This document shows positions 27,926 to 38,684 of a stretch of 64,000 nucleotides of DNA, in pieces. The stretch is from Malacoraja senta (lineage: Eukaryota). Positions within the stretch are counted from its first letter, which is position 1. Each line of letters begins with the position of its first letter. Location: NCBI GenBank assembly GCA_038087875.1, contig CM075999.1, positions 3,412,001 to 3,476,000 on the forward strand. Direction: 5' to 3'. Both the position numbers and the translations under genes were made by a program. The notes beneath the pieces are model-generated. The model did not search any database. It was given only the letters and a program-made list of their open reading frames with translations, and was not told the origin of the DNA.

Positions 27926-28459
27926 TGGGCCCGACCCGGAGGGGCTGGCCCGGGCTAGGAGGAGGCCGACGGGCCGCGCCCTGCACTCACTCTCCGGAGG
28001 CTGTAGTTGGGGCTGTGTCCCCTCCCTCTCCCTCTCCCCCTCTACCCCCTCCCTCTCCCCCTCTACCTCCCTCTCCCTCTCCCTCTCCCCCTCTACCTCC
28101 CTCTCCCTCTCCCTCTCCCTCTCCCTCTACCCCCCTCCTCTCCCTCCCCCTCTCCTCCCTCTCCCCCCCCCCCTCTCCCACTTACCTCCCGCCCGTCGCC
28201 GCCATCGCCATCCACAAGTCCCGCCTCCCCTCCCCCTAGCAACGCCCACTTCCGCCTCTCCCCTTCCTCCCTTCCTAGCAACGCCCACTTCCGCCCGCCC
28301 CGCCGCCCCATTGGCCGGCCCGCCCGCCCGTCCACCCACCCGCCCCCACTTCCGCCCGCCGCCAGGTGACGTCACGGCTGCCCCCCCCCCCGGACGCAAC
28401 CCATCGCCGGCAGTGGCGGCGGGGGGGGGAGAGGTCCGGCAAAAACCATCAACTCTCAA
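27925..28459 (-). promoter_or_regulatory. CpG-island housekeeping-type promoter, probably of WASF2 (copy 1)
   Basis: CpG-rich non-TE sequence. It has three CCCACTTCCGCC (ETS/GABP-like GGCGGAAGTG on the minus strand) within 28245-28356, an inverted CCAAT at 28310-28314, the CRE palindrome TGACGTCA at 28367-28374, RFX-like CCTAGCAAC twice, GC boxes, and a YY1-like ATGGCGGC (minus) near 28200. Confidence 0.7.
28186..28235 (-). other. WASF2: Candidate non-coding first exon of WASF2 (5' boundary/TSS approximate); second copy at ~30397-30445
   Basis: Consensus donor GAG|GTAAGT at 28186/28185 inside a CpG-rich segment, directly downstream (minus strand) of ETS, CCAAT and CRE motifs. A second possible donor AGA|GTGAGT is at 27991/27990. 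No transcript evidence is available. Confidence 0.6.
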
Positions 28460-28659
28460 NNNNNNNNNNNNNNNNNNNNNNNNNNNNNNNNNNNNNNNNN
28501 NNNNNNNNNNNNNNNNNNNNNNNNNNNNNNNNNNNNNNNNNNNNNNNNNNNNNNNNNNNNNNNNNNNNNNNNNNNNNNNNNNNNNNNNNNNNNNNNNNNN
28601 NNNNNNNNNNNNNNNNNNNNNNNNNNNNNNNNNNNNNNNNNNNNNNNNNNNNNNNNNNN
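28460..28659. other. Assembly gap (200 N)
   Basis: Run of 200 N. Confidence 1.
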
Positions 28660-30129
28660 ATCAGTTCCCTGTTCCTGCCTTCTCCCCATATCTCCCGAGG
28701 GAGAGTATGCTGTTGGGGGAGGGGGAGGGGGAGGGGTTTACATAGATACATAGAAAATAGGTGCAGGAGTAGGCCATTCGGCCCTTCGAACCTGCACCGC
28801 CATTCAATATGATCATGGCTGATCATCCAACTCAGTATCCCGTACCTGCCTTCTCTCCATACCCTCTGATCCCTTTAGGCTCAAGGGCCACATCTAACTC
28901 CCTCTTAAATATAGCCAATGAACTGGCCTCAACTACCCTCTGCGGCAGAGAGTTCCAGAGATTCACCACTCTCTGTGTAAAAAATGTTTTCCTCATCTCG
29001 GTCTTGAGAAAAACATTTTTGAGGGCCTGGCATTGATCCTGGAGAAAAGGAGGAGCTTGGTGCCCAGGAGCTTGGTGCCCAGGAGGAGGGGAGGGTGTGG
29101 GGCACAGTGAGGAGAGAGGGTGGGACATGCAGCATGGAGGGGATGGTATGAGGCTGGTGTGGAATGGGGTTGAGGAGGAGGGGGGGGGCGGTATGTGGGT
29201 GGTGGTGAGTGAGGAGAGAGTGAGTGAGGGGGGGGGAGAGTGAGGGGGGAGAGAGTGAGGGGGGGAGAGAGTGAGGGGGAGAGAGTGAGGGGGGGAGAGT
29301 GAGGGGGGGAGAGAGTGAGGGGTGGGAGTGAGGGGGGAGAGTGTGAGGGGAGAGTGTGAGGGGGGGAGAGTGAGGGGGAGAGTGTGAGGGGGAGAGTGTG
29401 AGGGGGAGATGGTGAGGGGGGAGAGTGTGAGGGGGGGGGAGTGAGGGGGAGAGTGTGAGGGGAGAGTGAGGGGGGGGAGAGTGTGAGGGGGGGAGTGAGG
29501 GGGGGAGTGTGAGGGGGGGTGAGTGAGGGGGGGAGAGTGAGGGGGAGAGTGTGAGGGGGTGAGTGAGGGGGGGGAGAGTGTGAGGGGGGGAGTGAGGGGG
29601 GGAGTGTGAGGGGGGGTGAGTGAAGGGGGGGAGAGTGAGGGGGGAGAGTGTGAGGGGGTGAGTGAGGGGGGGAGAGTGTGAGGGGGGGAGTGAGGGGGGG
29701 AGTGTGAGGGGGGGTGAGTGAAGGGGGGGAGAGTGAGGGGGGACAGTGTGAGGGGGTGAGTGAGGGGGGGAAGAGTGTGAGGGGGGGGAGTGTGAGGGGG
29801 GGTGAGTGAAGGGGGGGAGTGTGAGGGGGGGTGAGTGAGGGGGGGGAGTGAGGGGGGGGAGAGTGTGAGGGGGGGGGAGTGAGGGGGGAAGTGTGAGGGG
29901 GGGAGAGTGAGGGGGGAGTGTGAGGGGGGGAGTGTGAGGGGGGGAGTGTGAGGGGGGGAGAGTGAGGGGGGGAGTGTGAGGGGGGGTGAGTGAGGGGGGG
30001 TGAGTGAGGGGGGAAGAGTGAGGGGGGGAGTGTGAGGGGGAGGGGGGTGAGGGGGGGGTGAGTGAGGGGGGGAGTGTGAGGGGGGGAGTGTGAGGGGGGG
30101 TGAGTGAGGGGGGGGTGAGTGAGGGGGGG

Positions 30130-30890
30130 GAGTTCACGTAACCAGGAGGGTGGGGCTGGGCCCTGGGCTAGGAGGAGGCCGACGGGCCGCGCCCTGCACT
30201 CACTCTCCGGAGGCTGTAGTTGGGGCCTGTGTCCCCTCCCTCTCCCTCTCCCCCTCTACCCCCCTCCCTCTCCCCCTCTACCTCCCTCTCCCTCTCCCTC
30301 TCCCCCTCTACCTCCCTCTCCCTCTCCCTCTCCCTCTCCCTCTACCCCCCTCCTCTCCCTCCCTCCTCCCTCTCCCCCCCCCCCTCTCCCACTTACCTCC
30401 CGCCCGTCGCCGCCATCGCCATCCACAAGTCCCGCCTCCCCTCCCCCTAGCAACGCCCACTTCCGCCTCTCCCCTTCCTCCCCTTCCTAGCAACGCCCAC
30501 TTCCCGCCGCCGCCGCCCCGCCGCCCCATTGGCCGGCCCGCCCGCCCGTCCACCCACCCGCCCCCCACTTCCGCCCGCCGCCAGGTGACGTCACGGCTGC
30601 CCCGGACGCAACCATCGCCGGCAGTGGCGCGGGGGGGGGAGAGGTCCGGCAAAAACCATCAACTCTCAACCCTGGGGAATTTTCCACAGCCAGGAAAATC
30701 CTATCAAGTACATGGAGTGTGACGCGTGAGATGGTGTTTGAAGATGGGCAAAGCGGGAGGTGAGGCAGCTGCCTCGATGGATTAGACTGTGAGGGGGGCA
30801 GTCACTCCCCCCCCGTGGTGTGAGTGGCGCGGTCCCAATGTAGCGGCCGGGGATTCCCCTCTGCTCCCGCGCAGCGCCCCCTCCTGGTTC
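30130..30890 (-). promoter_or_regulatory. Same CpG-island promoter (copy 2) plus unique upstream extension
   Basis: Near-identical motifs to copy 1 (CRE 30586-30593, donor at 30397). The unique part 30670-30890 carries GGGGATTCCCC (30849-30859) and a CTCF-like CCAGGAGGGGGCGC on the minus strand (30871-30889). Confidence 0.65.
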
Positions 30891-31024
30891 AGTTCAGTTC
30901 AGTGTATTGTCACGTGTACCAAGCTTTTCTGTTGCCTGCTAACCAGTCAGTGGAAAGACAATACATGATTACAATCAAGCCGTCTACAGTACACGGAAGG
31001 TAGACCCTCTGCTCTTTGTCCAAG

Positions 31025-31658
31025 ATGCAGAAGATCTCTCCTGGTCCCAGAACACTGATGCGACCATAAAGAAAAGCACATCAGCGCCTCTACTTCCTGA
31101 GAAGATTACGGAGAGTCGGTTTGTCAAGGAGGACTCTCTCTAACTTCTACAGGTGCACAGTAGAGAGCATGCTGACCGGTTGCATCTACGGCAACCTGAG
31201 CGTCCAGGAGCGGAAATGGCTGCAAAAAGTTGTAACCACTGCCCAGTCCATCATCGGCTCTGACCTCCCTACCATCGAGGGGATCTATCACAGTCGCTGC
31301 CTCCAAAAGGCTGCCAGCATCATCAAGGACCCGCACCATCCTGGCCACACACTCATCTCTCCACTACCATCAGGTAGAAAGTACAGGAGCCTGAAATCTG
31401 CAACATCCAGGTTCAGGAACAGCTTCTTCCCACAGCCATCAGACCATTAAACACAACTTCATACAAACTCTGAACTATAACAGCCTATTGCACTTTATCT
31501 GTTTATTTATGTGTGTATGTATATATATATTCTATGGTATATGGACACACTGATCTGATCTGTATTTATGCTTACAATATTCAGTTATGCTGCAGCAAGC
31601 AAGAATTTCATTGTCCTATCTGGGACACATGACAATAAACTCTCTTGACTTGACTTGA
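31025..31658 (+). mobile_element. Rex1/Babar-type 3' fragment; related 3' ends at ~14655-14936 and ~39545-39790
   Basis: AHQRLYFLRRL...FYRCTVESMLTGCI...IIKDPHHPGH...LPSGRKYRSL...RFRNSFFP, then GACAATAAA and a (CTTGA)n tail. Confidence 0.82.
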
Positions 31659-32828
31659 GACTGGACAAGGTTTCAAGGTTTGTGTAAGAAAGAACTGCAG
31701 ATGCTGGTTTAAATCGAAGGTAGACACAAAATGCTGGAGTAACTCAGCGGGACAGGCAGCATCTCTGGAGAGAAGGAGTGAGAGAAGGTTTCAAGGTCAG
31801 TTTATTGTCACATGTTCCAGTTAAGGTACAGTGCAATTGGAGTTACCATACAGCCATACTAAGTGAAAAGCAACAAGACACACAACCTCCTGAAAGTTAA
31901 CATAAACATCCACCACAGTGGATTCCACATTCCTCACTGTGATGGAAGGCAATAAAGTTCAATCTTCACCCTCTTTATTCTCCCGCCGTCAAGGCAGTCA
32001 AACCATCCGCAGTCGGGGCGATCAAATCCCCCGCAGCCGACAATCGAAGCCCCCGTCGGGGTGATCGAAACCCCCGCGTCGGGACAGTTGAAACTCCCTC
32101 CACGGCGTGGAGCTCCCGAGTCAGCCTCTTCTTACCAGAGACCGCGGGCTTCACGATGCTATAGTCCACAGGCCCTGAGGATGAATCTTCGATCCCCGGC
32201 AAAGGGATCGCAAGCTCCGCGATGTTAAAGTCCAGCAGACTCCCACAGCTTGGAGCGCCCGTCGGTCTCCAGGAAAGACCGGCAACTCCACGATGTTAGG
32301 CCGCAATGCGGAAAGAGTACGATACAGAAAAAAAATCGCATCTCCGTCGAGGTAAGAGATTGAAAAAAAGTTTCTGCCAACCTCCACCCCCCACATAAAA
32401 CAAACCATGGAACACTAAAACATACTTTTTAACAGATACTAAAAGAAGAAAAGATAGACAGACTGTTGGCGTAATGCTTAAGAAGGAACTGCAGATGCTG
32501 GTTTAAACCGAAGATTGACACAGAATGCTGGAGTAACTCAGCGGGACAGGCAGCATCTCTGGAGAGAGGGAATGGGTGACGTTTCAGACTGAAGAAGGGT
32601 TGCGACCCAAAACAGCCCCCGTCTGCCCACTGCAGTGGTTGCGTTGAGGGTGACTGTTCCTGTCAGCGAGCCTTGGTGTCATGCACCCTGCACCCGTGCA
32701 TGTGGTCGCATTTCAGGTAAACCCACGGGTCACGGTCAACGGACCATCAGTGTCGTAATCTGAACAGATCGACTCACGGTCTCATCGTTAATCTCAGTCT
32801 GAAGAAGGGTCCCGACCCGAAACGTTAC

Positions 32829-34567
32829 TGACCAATTGAATAACTACTTTGGTTCCGTCTTCACTAAGGAAGACATAAATAATCTGCCAGAAATAGCAAG
32901 GGACCGGGGGTCAAATGAGATGGAGGGACTGAGTGAAATTCAGGTTAGCCAGGAAGTGGTGTTAGGTAAATTGAATGGATTAAAGGCCGATAAATCCCCA
33001 GGTCCAGAAAGGCTGCATCCCAGAGTACTCAAGGAAGTAGCCCCAGAAATAGTGGATGCATTAGTGATAATTTTTCAAAACTCTTTAAATTCTGGAGTAG
33101 TTCCTGAGGATTGGAGGGTAGCTAATGTAACCCCACTTTTTAAAAAGGGAGGGGGAGAGAAAACGGGGAATTACAGACCAGTTAGTCTAACGTCGGGAAA
33201 CTGCTAGAATCAGTTATTAAAGATGGGATAGCAGCACATTTGGAAAGTGGTGAAATCATTGGACAAAGTCAGCATGGATTTATGAAAGGTAAATCATGTC
33301 TGACGAATCTTATAGAATTTTTCGAGGATGTAACTAGTAGAGTGGATAGGGGAGAACCAGTGGATGTGTTATATCTGGACTTTCAGAAGGCTTTCGACAA
33401 GGTCCCACATAAGAGATTAGTATACAAACTTAAAGCACACGGTATTGGGGGTTCAGTATTGATGTGGATAGAGAACTGGCTAGCAGACAGGAAGCAAAGA
33501 GTAGGAGTAAACGGGTCCTTTTCACAATGGCAGGCAGTGACTAGTGGGGTACCGCAAGGCTCAGTGCTAGGACCCCAGCTATTTACAATATATATTAATG
33601 ATTTGGACGAGGGAATTGAATGCAACATCTCCAAGTTTGCGGATGACACGAAGCTGGGGGGCAGTGTTAGCTGTGAGGAGGATGCTCGGAGGCTGCAAGG
33701 TGACTTGGATAGGCTGGGTGAGTGGGCAAATGCATGGCAGATGCAGTATAATGTGGATAAATGTGAGGTTATCCACTTTGGTGGCAAAAACAGGAAAGTA
33801 GACTATTATCTGAATGGTGGCCGATTAGGAAAAGGGGAGATGCAACGAGACCTGAATGTCATGGTACACCAGTCATTAAAAGTAGGCATGCAGGTGCAGC
33901 AGGCAGTGAAGAAAGCGAATGGTATGTTGGCTTTCATAGCAAAAGGATTTGAGTATAGGAGCAGGGAGGTTCTACTGCAGTTGTACAGGGTCTTGATGAG
34001 ACCACACCTGGAGTATTGCGTACAGTTTTGGTCTCCTAATCTGAGGAAAGACATTCTTGCCATAGAGGGAGTACAGAGAAGGTTCACCAGACTGATTCCT
34101 GGGATGTCAGGACTTTCATATGAAGAAAGACTGGATAGACTCGGCTTGTACTCGCTAGAATTTAGAAGATTGAGGGGGGATCTTATAGAAACGTACAAAA
34201 TTCTTAAGGGGTTGGACAGGCTAGATGCAGGAAGATTGTTCCCGATGTTGGGGAAGTCCAGAACAAGGGGTCACAGTTTAAGGATAAGGGGGAAATCTTT
34301 TAGGACCGAGATGAGGAAAACATTTTTCACACAGAGAGTGGTGAATCTCTGGAATTCTCTGCCACAGAAGGTAGTTGAGGCCAGTTCATTGGCTATATTT
34401 AAGAGGGGAGTTAGATGTGGCCCTTGTGGCTAAAGGGATCAGGGGGTATGGAGAGAAGGCAGGTACAGGATACTGAGTTGGATGATCAGCCATGATCATA
34501 TTGAATGGCGGTGCAGGCTTGAAGGGCTGAATGGCCTACTCCTGCACCTATTTTCTATGTTTTCTAT
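32829..34567 (+). mobile_element. 5'-truncated CR1-clade LINE (ORF2 reverse transcriptase, frameshifted)
   Basis: ORFs 32836..33207 and 33240..34433 contain [74 protein letters not shown] and RTRGHSL. It has a (TTCTATGT)n tail and a TSD GTTAC (32824-32828 / 34568-34572). Confidence 0.95.
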
Positions 34568-35358
34568 GTTACCCATTCCTTCTCTCCAGAGATGTTGCCT
34601 GTCCCACTGAGTTACTCCAGCATTTTGTGTCTATCTTCGGTTTAAACCAGCATTGTTTCTGTTTCCATGCTGTATCTCTAAACTTAAAAAAAACTCTCAC
34701 GACTCAAGAATCTGGCAATATCCGCTTTAAAAATACCTAATGACAGCCTCCACCTTCATCTGTGGCAACACATTCCACAGATTCACCACCCTCTGGCTAA
34801 AGAAATTCCTCCTCATTACTTTTCTAAAGCTGCGTCCTTTTATTCTGAGGCTGTGCCCTCTGGTCCTGGACTCTCCCACTGGTGGAAACATCCTCTCCAC
34901 ATCCACTCTATCCAGGCCTTTCACTATTCGGTAAGTTTCAATGAGGTGCCCCCTCATCATTCTAAACTCCAGCGAGTACAGGCCCAGCGCCTGAATTATT
35001 GTCACATGTTCCGATAATGGAACAATGAAACTCTTACTTGCAGCAGCACAACAGACATGTAAAGAAATAATGTCGTTTAGTTTATCGTCATGTGTACCGA
35101 GGTACAATGAAAAACTTTTTTGTAGCGTGCTATCCAGTCAGCGAACATGATTACAATCCATGATTGCCGTCAACAGTGCACAGATACAGCAAGGATTCCC
35201 AACCTTGGGTAAATTTACCCTCGGGGGTAAATTTCTCCTACCCAGGGGGTACGTTTGTTGATTGCGGATTTGTACATATTTGTTCTCATTGACTGACTGT
35301 GTTTGGTTCCGGTATACTAAATACCGTTCATCATTAGTTATTCATAAATAAGTGAAAT

Positions 35359-37430
35359 CACATTGGGAGAGAAGACTTGACCACTGTTACACGTCAATCA
35401 AGAACGCATATCGCTCTGTTCCCCGGGCGGGGCGGGGTCTCCCTGATCATTGTCTACTTCACCTTATTCCGACCTACAGGCAGAAACTAAAATCTGCTAA
35501 GCCTGTGGTCAGAACAAGGAGAAGGTGGACAAGCGAGGGCATTGTGAGCCTACAATCCTGCTTTGACTGCCCGGATTGGAATGTGTTCAGGGAAGCAACC
35601 ACAAGCCTTGATGAGTATACCGACACTGTATCATCATATGGTAGACAAAAATGCTGGAGAAACTCAGCGGGTGACGCAGCATCTATGGAACGAAGGAAAT
35701 AGGCAAAGGTTTCGGGTCGAAACTCTTCTTCAGACTAAAGAAGGCTGAAGAAGGGTTTCGACCTGAAACGTTGCCTATTTCCTTCGCTCCATAGATGCTG
35801 CCTCACCCGCTGAGTTTCTCCAGCATTTTTGTCTACCTTCGATTTTCCCGCATCTGCAGTTCCTTCTTAAACACTGTATCATTATTTGTCAGCTTTTGTG
35901 AGGACAGTTGCATTCCAACTAGGACCCAGACCTGGTTCAACAACAACAAGCCCTGGTTCACTGCAGAACTCAGACAGCTCCGACGGTCTAAAGAGGAGGC
36001 CTACAGGAGCGGGGATGCAAGCCTCTACAGGCAGGCCAAGTACAAGCTGAGAAGAGGAATCAGAGCTACCAAGGAAAGGTACTCTGAGACGTTGAGGAGC
36101 AAGTTCTCAGCTAGTGACTCTTCTTCAGTTTGGAAAGGCTTGCAAGAAATCACCAGCTGCAAGAGGAAAGCCCCCCGCTCTTTGGACAATCGTCAGTTGA
36201 CCAACGACCTGAATGAGTTCTACTGCAGGTTTGACAAGCAGAAACGTAACCCTGGTACCCCCCTCCCCAACAAACACAGCCAGACCCAGTCTGCAAAGAG
36301 TGGACCCTTCTGCACTCACTCCCCATTCACCACTTCACACCTACTTAAAGAAAGACTCCAGTCTGAAAAGACTGGACCATTTCCCACCCCAACCGAAACT
36401 TCACACCCACTCACAGCCTGACCTCAGTCTGCAAACCACCCACCCCTCTCCAATCACCACTTCACACACAATTACCCACACCCTCCTTGCTGAACAACAT
36501 CACTTCATCAACAATAAAAATAGAGGAGGTGGAGAGGCTTTTCAAAAGACAGAAAAGCCGGAAATCTCCAGGACCGGAGAATGTTTCCCCCTCTACACTC
36601 AAGCTCTGTGCCGAACAACTGGCACCGGTCGACACAGACATTTTCAACCTGTCCCTGCAAACCTGTACTGTCCCTGCCTGCTTCAAAGTCTCCACTATTG
36701 TCCCTGTACCCAATAAGGCAAGGATTACTTGTCTTAATGACTACAAGCCTGTCGCACTGACCTCTGTAGTCATGAAGACACTTGAAAGGCTTGTGCTGGC
36801 CAAGCTGAAAAATATCACGAACCCTGCAGTTTGCATATCGGGCCAATATATCTGTGGATGATGCAGTCAACCTGGGCCTGCAATTCATCCTACAGCACCT
36901 AGACCGCCAGGGAACCTATGCGAGGATCCTGTTTGTTGATTTTAGCTCTGCATTCAACACCATTGTGCCAGAGCTACTACACTCCAAACTCTCCGAGTTG
37001 ACTGTGCCTGAACCCCTCGGTCGGTGGATCACCAACTTCCTGACAGACAGGAAGCAGCATGTGAGGCTGGGAAAGCACATCTTGAACCCGCAAACGCTCA
37101 GCATAGGAGCACCGCAAGGCTGCGTACTCTCTCCTCTCCTCTACTCTCTCTACACCAACGACTGCACCTCCACAGACACCTCTGTCAAGCTTCTCAAGTT
37201 TGCAGACGACACAACTCTGATTGGACTGATCCAGGATGGGGAGGAATCTGCCTACAGACAGGAAGTGTCACAGCTGGCATCCAGGTGCCATCGCAGCTCA
37301 ATGCTCTTAGGACAGTGGAATTGATTGTAGACTTTAGGAGAGCTCCCCCTCCCCTCACCCCACTCACCATCAACAACTTCACAGTCACATCTGTGGAGTC
37401 TTTTAAGTTCCTGGGAACCATCATCTCCCA
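35359..37430 (+). mobile_element. Rex1/Babar-type non-LTR retrotransposon remnant (APE end and RT), frameshifted, interrupted by a pLTR palindrome at ~35640-35870
   Basis: ORFs 35352..37324 contain LDHCYT...[81 protein letters not shown] and KFADDTT. Confidence 0.85.
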
Positions 37431-38241
37431 TAAGGTCACAACGAATAGTAGAATTAGGCCATTCGGCCCATCAAGTCCACTCCGCCATTCAATCATGGCT
37501 AATCTATCCCCATTCTCCTGCCTTCTTCCCATTAATCCCTGACACCCGTACTAATCAAAAATCCATCTATCTCTGCCTTAAATATATCCACTGACTTGGC
37601 CTCCACAGCCTTCTGTGGCAAAGAATTCCACAGATTCACCAACCTCTGAATAAATAAATTCCTCCTCATCTCCTTCCTAAAGGAACGGCCTTTAATTCTG
37701 AGGCTGTGACCTCTAGTCCTAGACTCTCCCACTAGTGGAAACATCCTCTCCACATCCACTCTATCACAGCTGACCACGAGGGCACAGAAAGACTCCGAGT
37801 GAATCGAACGTGTGCTGGAGTAACTCAGAGGGTCAGGCAGCATCTCGGATGACGTTTCGTGTCGAGACCTGTGAGAATACTGTACATTTCAGGACAGACG
37901 AGGCAAGTTCTGCGGAATCTCTTCTCAGAAGCTGAAGTATTTTTGGTTATCCTTCTTCCTTCTTCCTTTATTAGCAGAAATGGAACCGGTCTGCTAACAA
38001 ATTTAGACTGACCTCAAATCCACACCATCACCACAATCTATTTCCACGTTCTTTAGACATTAGAGATACAGCACGGAAACAGGCCCTGAGGCAGAGAATT
38101 CCACACTCACAACTCTCCGTGTGAAAAAGTTGTTCCTCATCTCCGTTCTAAATGGCTTACCCCTTATTCTTAAACTATGACTCCCCAAACATTGGGAACA
38201 TATTTCCTGCCTCTAGCGTGTCCAAACTCCTAATAGTCTTA

Positions 38242-38667
38242 AGGGCCTGTCCCACGAGCATGCGCCTTGAGCCGGTCCCACTTCGATCGCCGGAGCCGTA
38301 TGGAGTTGTGCGGAGCTGGTCCCGACATCGCTCGGGGCTCCGAAATAATGACACTGTCCAAAAATTCCGCACGGCAACGGCCTGCCGGCCCGCAGCCGCA
38401 TTGAGGCCATGCGCAGCGTCTCGACGTCGTACGCAGCGTCTCGACGCCGTACGTCACGTGCGAACTTCCCGCGGACTTCGCTCGAACTTCACGTCAATCA
38501 CTCGACCTCCCGCGCGGTCCCCGCTTCCGGTTTGGTCGCGCTCGCCGCATGCAGTCGCATGTTGGTGGGACCGGCCCTGTACGGGGATCACCCGACCTCC
38601 GCGCGGTCCCCGCTTCCGGTTTGGTCGCGCTCGCTGGATACAGTCGCATGCTCGTGGGACTTGCCCT
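38242..38667. mobile_element. PIF/Harbinger-type MITE (426 bp, CpG-rich), inserted in a CR1 fragment
   Basis: TIR AGGGCCTGTCCCACGAGCATGCG ... CGCATGCTCGTGGGACTTGCCCT with TSD TTA. Confidence 0.85.
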
Positions 38668-38684
38668 TTACATGTTTCAATGTT

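Larger units (their letters stand above)
26527..30669. repeat. ~2 kb direct duplication flanking the gap (26527-28459 and 28660-30669)
   Basis: Both copies start ATCAGTTCCCTGTTCC and end AAAAACCATCAACTCTCAA. Differences are concentrated in homopolymers and the low-complexity tract. Confidence 0.95.

Noticed and set aside
26700..30137. Long Pro/Ser/His-rich ORFs (428 aa, 402 aa, 280 aa) resembling extensin or a WASP proline-rich region
   Set aside because: They are translations of the G-rich low-complexity tract and CpG island fused to CR1 tails. The true WAVE2 proline-rich exons lie beyond the left edge.
33240..34433. 397-aa RT ORF as an active or domesticated gene
   Set aside because: 5'-truncated CR1 copy lacking the endonuclease and ORF1, with frameshifts at ~33195 and ~34405.
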